A stretch of 58,459 bases of DNA, counting the filler, from Platydemus manokwari (Eukaryota): the NCBI GenBank assembly GCA_037951405.1. It is 5 parts of 5 records of this genome, joined end to end, with 100 filler letters (N's around TTAATTAATTAA, not from the genome) between each part and the next. Parts side by side here need not be neighbours in the genome. Positions count along the whole stretch, not along the records: positions 48,508 to 58,459 come from JBBMOY011185766.1; 4 more parts are not named here. One strand, written 5' to 3'. Numbering within the stretch: the stretch's first letter is position 1; each line of letters starts with the position of its first letter. Positions 53,589 to 58,459 of the stretch are shown piece after piece. The notes beneath the pieces are model-generated. The model did not search any database, was not told the DNA's origin, and worked only from the letters and a program-made list of their open reading frames with translations. Both the position numbers and the translations under genes were made by a program.

Positions 53589-54086
53589 AATTTTATCCTG
53601 GAACAAAGCAATAATATCAATAATTGCCAAGATGATGATCTGATGTTGGTTAATACAACTATCAATACATCTCTTGTCTGCCCGGTATCAAGAGTGAGAA
53701 TGACCACCCCTGTTAGGGGACAACATTGTACTCATCTTCAATGTTTTGATTGTATAACTTATCTCATCATGAATTTCAATAAGCCAACATGGCAATGTCC
53801 CGTTTGTGACAAAAAGACATTTTTTTGTTATTTGGAAGTTGATAGGTACTTTATCCGATAATTAAATTCGATATATTATTATTATTACAATATTATGGTT
53901 TCCAGTTTGATTCTAGGAATACTTAACGATCCTAAATCAAATTCAATAAGTAGTGTTATATTCAACAAGAACGGACAATGGAAACCTGATAATAAGATAC
54001 CTGGGATCAACACCGATGATGAAACATATTATGATATCACCAGTTATTTCAATCAGAATGAGGGAGCAAATAACACTTATCAAATG
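53589..54086 (+). CDS. MIZ/SP-RING zinc-finger protein (PIAS/ZMIZ-type E3 SUMO ligase family), two internal exons 53589-53845 and 53906-54086
   Basis: SLVCPVSRVRMTTPVRGQHCTHLQCFDCITYLIMN..KPTWQCPVCDK.....LEVDS|LILGIL....SVIFNKNGQWKP is a full SP-RING consensus. Splice evidence is a ttttcag acceptor, a 60-nt phase-2 GT-AG intron and a probable donor ATG|gtattt. Confidence 0.9.
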
Positions 54087-57000
54087 GTATTTTGTTATAT
54101 ATTTCAACATTTATGATATCAATTTGGTGAAATGTATGGATTGATTGTGAAATTAATGCTCGTTTAATATCAATTCACCACATGTTTTGTGTTGAAAATC
54201 TAATATCAACCGATTCTATGAATAAACAAAACCAAAACCAAATCCAAAAATTGGCTTAAGTTAAGAAAAAGAGATTCAAAAATAGAAAATTTTAATTTAT
54301 GGAGTGTATTGTGCAAATCTATGTCGTTTGTTTAATTTTATTATTTAAAAACTTTTTGATTTAAGTACTTGAGAAGAATTTCATTTGCTTGAAATCAAAT
54401 ATTAAATACACTAGAGCTTCAAAGTCTCCTCAAATTTGATTATTTGAAAAACCGATCAAATTAGGTCAAATTGTAATTCATTGAAAATTAATGAGGAGCC
54501 TCTTTTATAACATTAGAAGCAAATCGAGACATACTTTAAATTTTATAAAAATAAGTGAGATCAGATTATTGAACATGTCTGTTGCTGACTAACTCGGTTT
54601 ATAATTAGATAATTTAAATTTAAAAACTCAAGAAATCATATAGATGAGTTGTAATTAGAATAGGAATTTTGATTAACAATTCCAGTTAGTTCCTCTATTC
54701 GATATCATATAATGTGAGATATCAACAAATAAAACAAACTAATTAAAAAACAATCAAAAATAAAATAAAATATTTAAAAAATTTATTATTATATAAAATT
54801 AATGATTTCTTGATTTTCTTCTATTTTTTATTTCAAAGTCGAGCTGTGTCAATTCTCGAGGAAAACATTGTAAGATAAGTGTAAAAATTAAAAATATTAC
54901 TTTATATTTAAAACATTGATTCTAATAGAATTTCGCTATTATTCATCTTTTTCGTTTAAAATTGAATTTTAAGTCAAAATATGGTAAAAATATTTTTATG
55001 AAAAAATTTTGAATACACGAAAACTCATTACATTAAAATTAGGTCAATTAAAGCCAAAAATGATATCAATTTATTTCAACGTAAAATATTGATTGATCAA
55101 TAAATGGTGTTTATCAATAAATGTCAATTTATCTCTAGGACTAACAAACAGTCTCATATAAATTGTAATGAAATCCATTATAAATAATATCATATCCTAT
55201 TTTCATTAATTCAACCCATCAAATACATGGCTCCACACATTATAAGAACATTGGTTACCAGTTATCGGTGATTATATTTCCATCAAAATATTGACGATTT
55301 TCCTAATATTCCAAATATGATATTGATTTACAAAGTATGATATTGATAATCCACAATTCAATAACTGGTTTCTATGAAGTACTGCTCTATTGATCATTGT
55401 CAGAAATTAAACATTTAGTGCTGAAGTATACCAATTTTTTCCTTTTCGATTTTTCCGTTTAATTCCGTTAATGAGATATTTTCCCCTTGTAGCAGATGAA
55501 AATTGAAACAAAATACGTTCATGTGATTTAAATTTACAATTAATTTTCATTAACTGTTACACATTTCGACGAATAAAATTCCGTGTAGAATTAATTATAT
55601 TGAATGCCATAATGAGATTTCATTAGTGAATTGATTGTTAGAATAATGGTATATGATATTTGTGATTTGTCAGCTGGCAGATGCTTTGATATAGTTATAT
55701 ATTTTTTATATATGTATATATGCTACTACTTATATTCACAGAGGCTTATCATTTCATAGCATGTGTCTCCTGGGATCAAGGGTTACTCGATATAATGCAA
55801 AAATTATTATTTCGATAATTCTTCTCCGAGCATTGTGTGATATTAAACAGTAGAATTTTCTGTTTTCTGCGTACTTCTCTAATATGCACTCTAATTTTCG
55901 AAACACTGTACTAATGAATCCCATTCCCATCAGTTTTCGATTACAAGAAATCATTTTCAATTTGCTGAAAATGCTACATATTTTTTTAGTATATTTTCAC
56001 TCATTTTTAAAGATATCCATGGCAACGAATCTTTTTTTATTAATATAAAAGACGTCGCAATGCTGATGTATCATACAAGTTGATTGATATTAATAAATTA
56101 TTATCAGTATAATATCAATGGAAAATTATTTAATTAATTTGATATTAAAAGATTATTTTTTCTGGGACGGGGGGTGGAAAACCGTTGAATATTTCTTCAA
56201 ACGAATAATCGAACATTTACATTGTCCAAAATATTATTATTTTATTTCTTTAACGTTTATTTGGGTTTATATGATGATTTTTATCAAGTTTTCTCTTTCA
56301 ATTATCGAGAGATTATGTCTGTATTTTGTACCAATAGTTTTGTTGGATCTCAACAAGGCATTTAATTTTTTGACAGTTTTTTATTTTTACTTTTAATTAT
56401 TATTATTTTATTATTCTGGCAATTCGGATATTATTTGATACAGCTAAAATCTACAAATAAACCTCTAAAACTAATAAATGATCTTATAGAAAAATTTCCA
56501 TAAAAAACTTAGAAAACCATTAATTTTGATTCCATTAGCATAGCATAATTGAAATTGATAGATAATGTCATTCAAAATTTTATTAGGTTTAGAAATTATT
56601 AATGAATGAAAACATATTTTTCAAATGATATTTGTTTTGATGTTTTAATCATCTAATAAAAATAATTAGAAATCAACAAGACTGAACTGGTTGGAAAGAT
56701 GCTCAACTAATTTCTATTGTAACTTTTACTGAACAAAAAAACAATTATCACTTAATGATTTATTTGTCTCTTCTATCGAGAAATAATTTCAATTTCTATT
56801 TTATCGATCAAATCAAAATTGTATTTCGGTTAATCTTTTTTCGGAATGATCTTGATAATATCATCGATAATGAGATCTCACTATTTATAGAATTAGTGAC
56901 GTCATTTTGATGTTAGTAGTTTTTGATGATGACTATTTGAAAAAAATATTTGATTGTTAGTATGTTTGCTGACAGGAGAAGAAAACTTAATAATGTGATT

Positions 57001-58459
57001 CCTGAAGCCATACCCTTATATGAATATGTGTGTGTGCAGTCGATATATGAGTAGTGCTATTCGGAGGAGATCAATAATTATGTACACGAATAAATATATA
57101 TCATTGCTAAACATAATATAATTTTGTAAATGTAAAATTCTGATAAAAAAAACAACAAACACAATGAAATGAATCAATCTGTTTACAGAAGTTATCTGTG
57201 TCAATATTCGTTTAGTATTGATAAATTGTATCTGAATCTGTCGATTTCAATCTCAGTTTGTAATATACAGCTTGTTGTTTGACACAGTGGACATTATTAG
57301 AATTGACTTCAAATGATATCGACACAAATAAATGACATCAATCAATAATTATTATTGATTGATATTTTCATTTAATAATAATTATTTCACAAAAATAGAT
57401 ATCAGATTCAATGAATGGCAATTATTGCTAATAAATCGTATTACTACACAATTACTTCACATATTTCTTGAATCAATCAATATCGGATTAATTAAAGATT
57501 TACAGGATTTTTTTTAATCAATCGTATGTTAGGCTTGATTGATTTTTGTTTTCAAGTTTTTATTGGCCATCTCAGTTGCATCGATTGTGTGATTTATTGA
57601 AATTGTTTCCACAAAATTTGATGATATTTTTATCAATTGATCAACATGTTGATCTTGATATTTGAAATTTGGATACTTTTTTGTATGAGAGAAAATTCTC
57701 TAAAAATGAACACCAACAAGCCTGTGTGTGTCTGCTTCATTCTTAAATCATCTTCTAAAATTTTAGAGTCAGAACTTGTACAATATGGTTTTGATTAATT
57801 ATCGGATAGCAATCTTGTATTTCCTCCATATGGTTACCTTCAATGAGATTTTATCATCAATTTGTTATGTCATTTTTCCCCCTTTACAATCTCTTCATAG
57901 CAAAGGCAAGGTCGTCTAAAGATGATTATTGAAAGATTGTTTATTTAGCTATATTAGAACATTGGATTATTACACCTCCATGATCAACGATCATTGATCA
58001 TTGATATTACAAGATTAAATATGAAAATATAAACAATAATGTGTTAGGCTGTATGAGATTGAAATGAGATTGATTATGCGAATGTCTTGAAAATTGTTCG
58101 TGTAGATGATGTTTGTTTTAATATTAATTTCCGCATATTTGGATGGACAATGAGACCGGACGGTCGTTGGATAGATTATTTATTTCAGAGCTTTTGTGAA
58201 ATGAGCTTTGTGCTGCCAAGTTGTCTGGAAAAGATGTGAGAGAAATGTTCAGCAAACCTTTAGAATGAATTTTACAAGAGATATTTATTCATTGAATAGT
58301 TGTCTGGTTGACTTAATGGTCTATATTATATTTTTCTATTCCAACCCTATAATAATGTACTGTTATCAAAAAATAATGAATGATACCTGAATTAAACTAT
58401 TTTTAGGTCCATTGTCTAGTATTGTACAGGCTATAATATATAGAATAATGTCTAGTTTT

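Noticed and set aside
54200-58459. Short hydrophobic I/F/L/Y-rich ORFs (also at 2241, 8844, 16748, 24641, 38248, 49133)
   Set aside because: This composition is what random AT-rich sequence encodes; there are no motifs or supported splice chains.

Overview
This is very AT-rich eukaryotic (metazoan-type) genomic DNA with GT-AG introns, many only 40-60 nt long. A flatworm-like source is a guess from intron size, base composition and transposon content, and cannot be proven here. The window is not one contiguous sequence: four artificial ~100-bp spacers (N44-TTAATTAATTAA-N44, stops in all six frames) and one ordinary 251-N gap split it into pieces. Genes reconstructed by hand are: (1) a very divergent presenilin-like gene (minus, 676-1388) that keeps three ancestral presenilin intron positions but has no identifiable catalytic-Asp exon in the window; (2) a possible small spliced PH-like gene head-to-head with it; (3) a 7-exon, phase-consistent, divergent WD40-repeat gene (minus, 4390-11407, 5' end missing); (4) an intronless Na,K/H,K-ATPase beta subunit (21800-22714); (5) about 1750 aa of an outer-arm beta-type axonemal dynein heavy chain (6 exons, 30678-36520, both ends missing); (6) two exons of a MIZ/SP-RING (PIAS/ZMIZ-type) SUMO-ligase gene (53589-54086). 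The rest is transposon debris: Gypsy-type gag, Tigger/pogo, Buster-hAT, a Tc1/mariner MITE, the endonuclease end of a NeSL/R5/Utopia-type retrotransposon with a hierarchical 3' tandem repeat, a tRNA-derived SINE, LTR-like dispersed repeats and microsatellites. There is no CRISPR array, rRNA or intact tRNA. I found no clearly supported new multi-gene system; the best leads are the apparently non-catalytic or truncated presenilin, the unassigned WD40 protein and the site-specific-type retroelement end.
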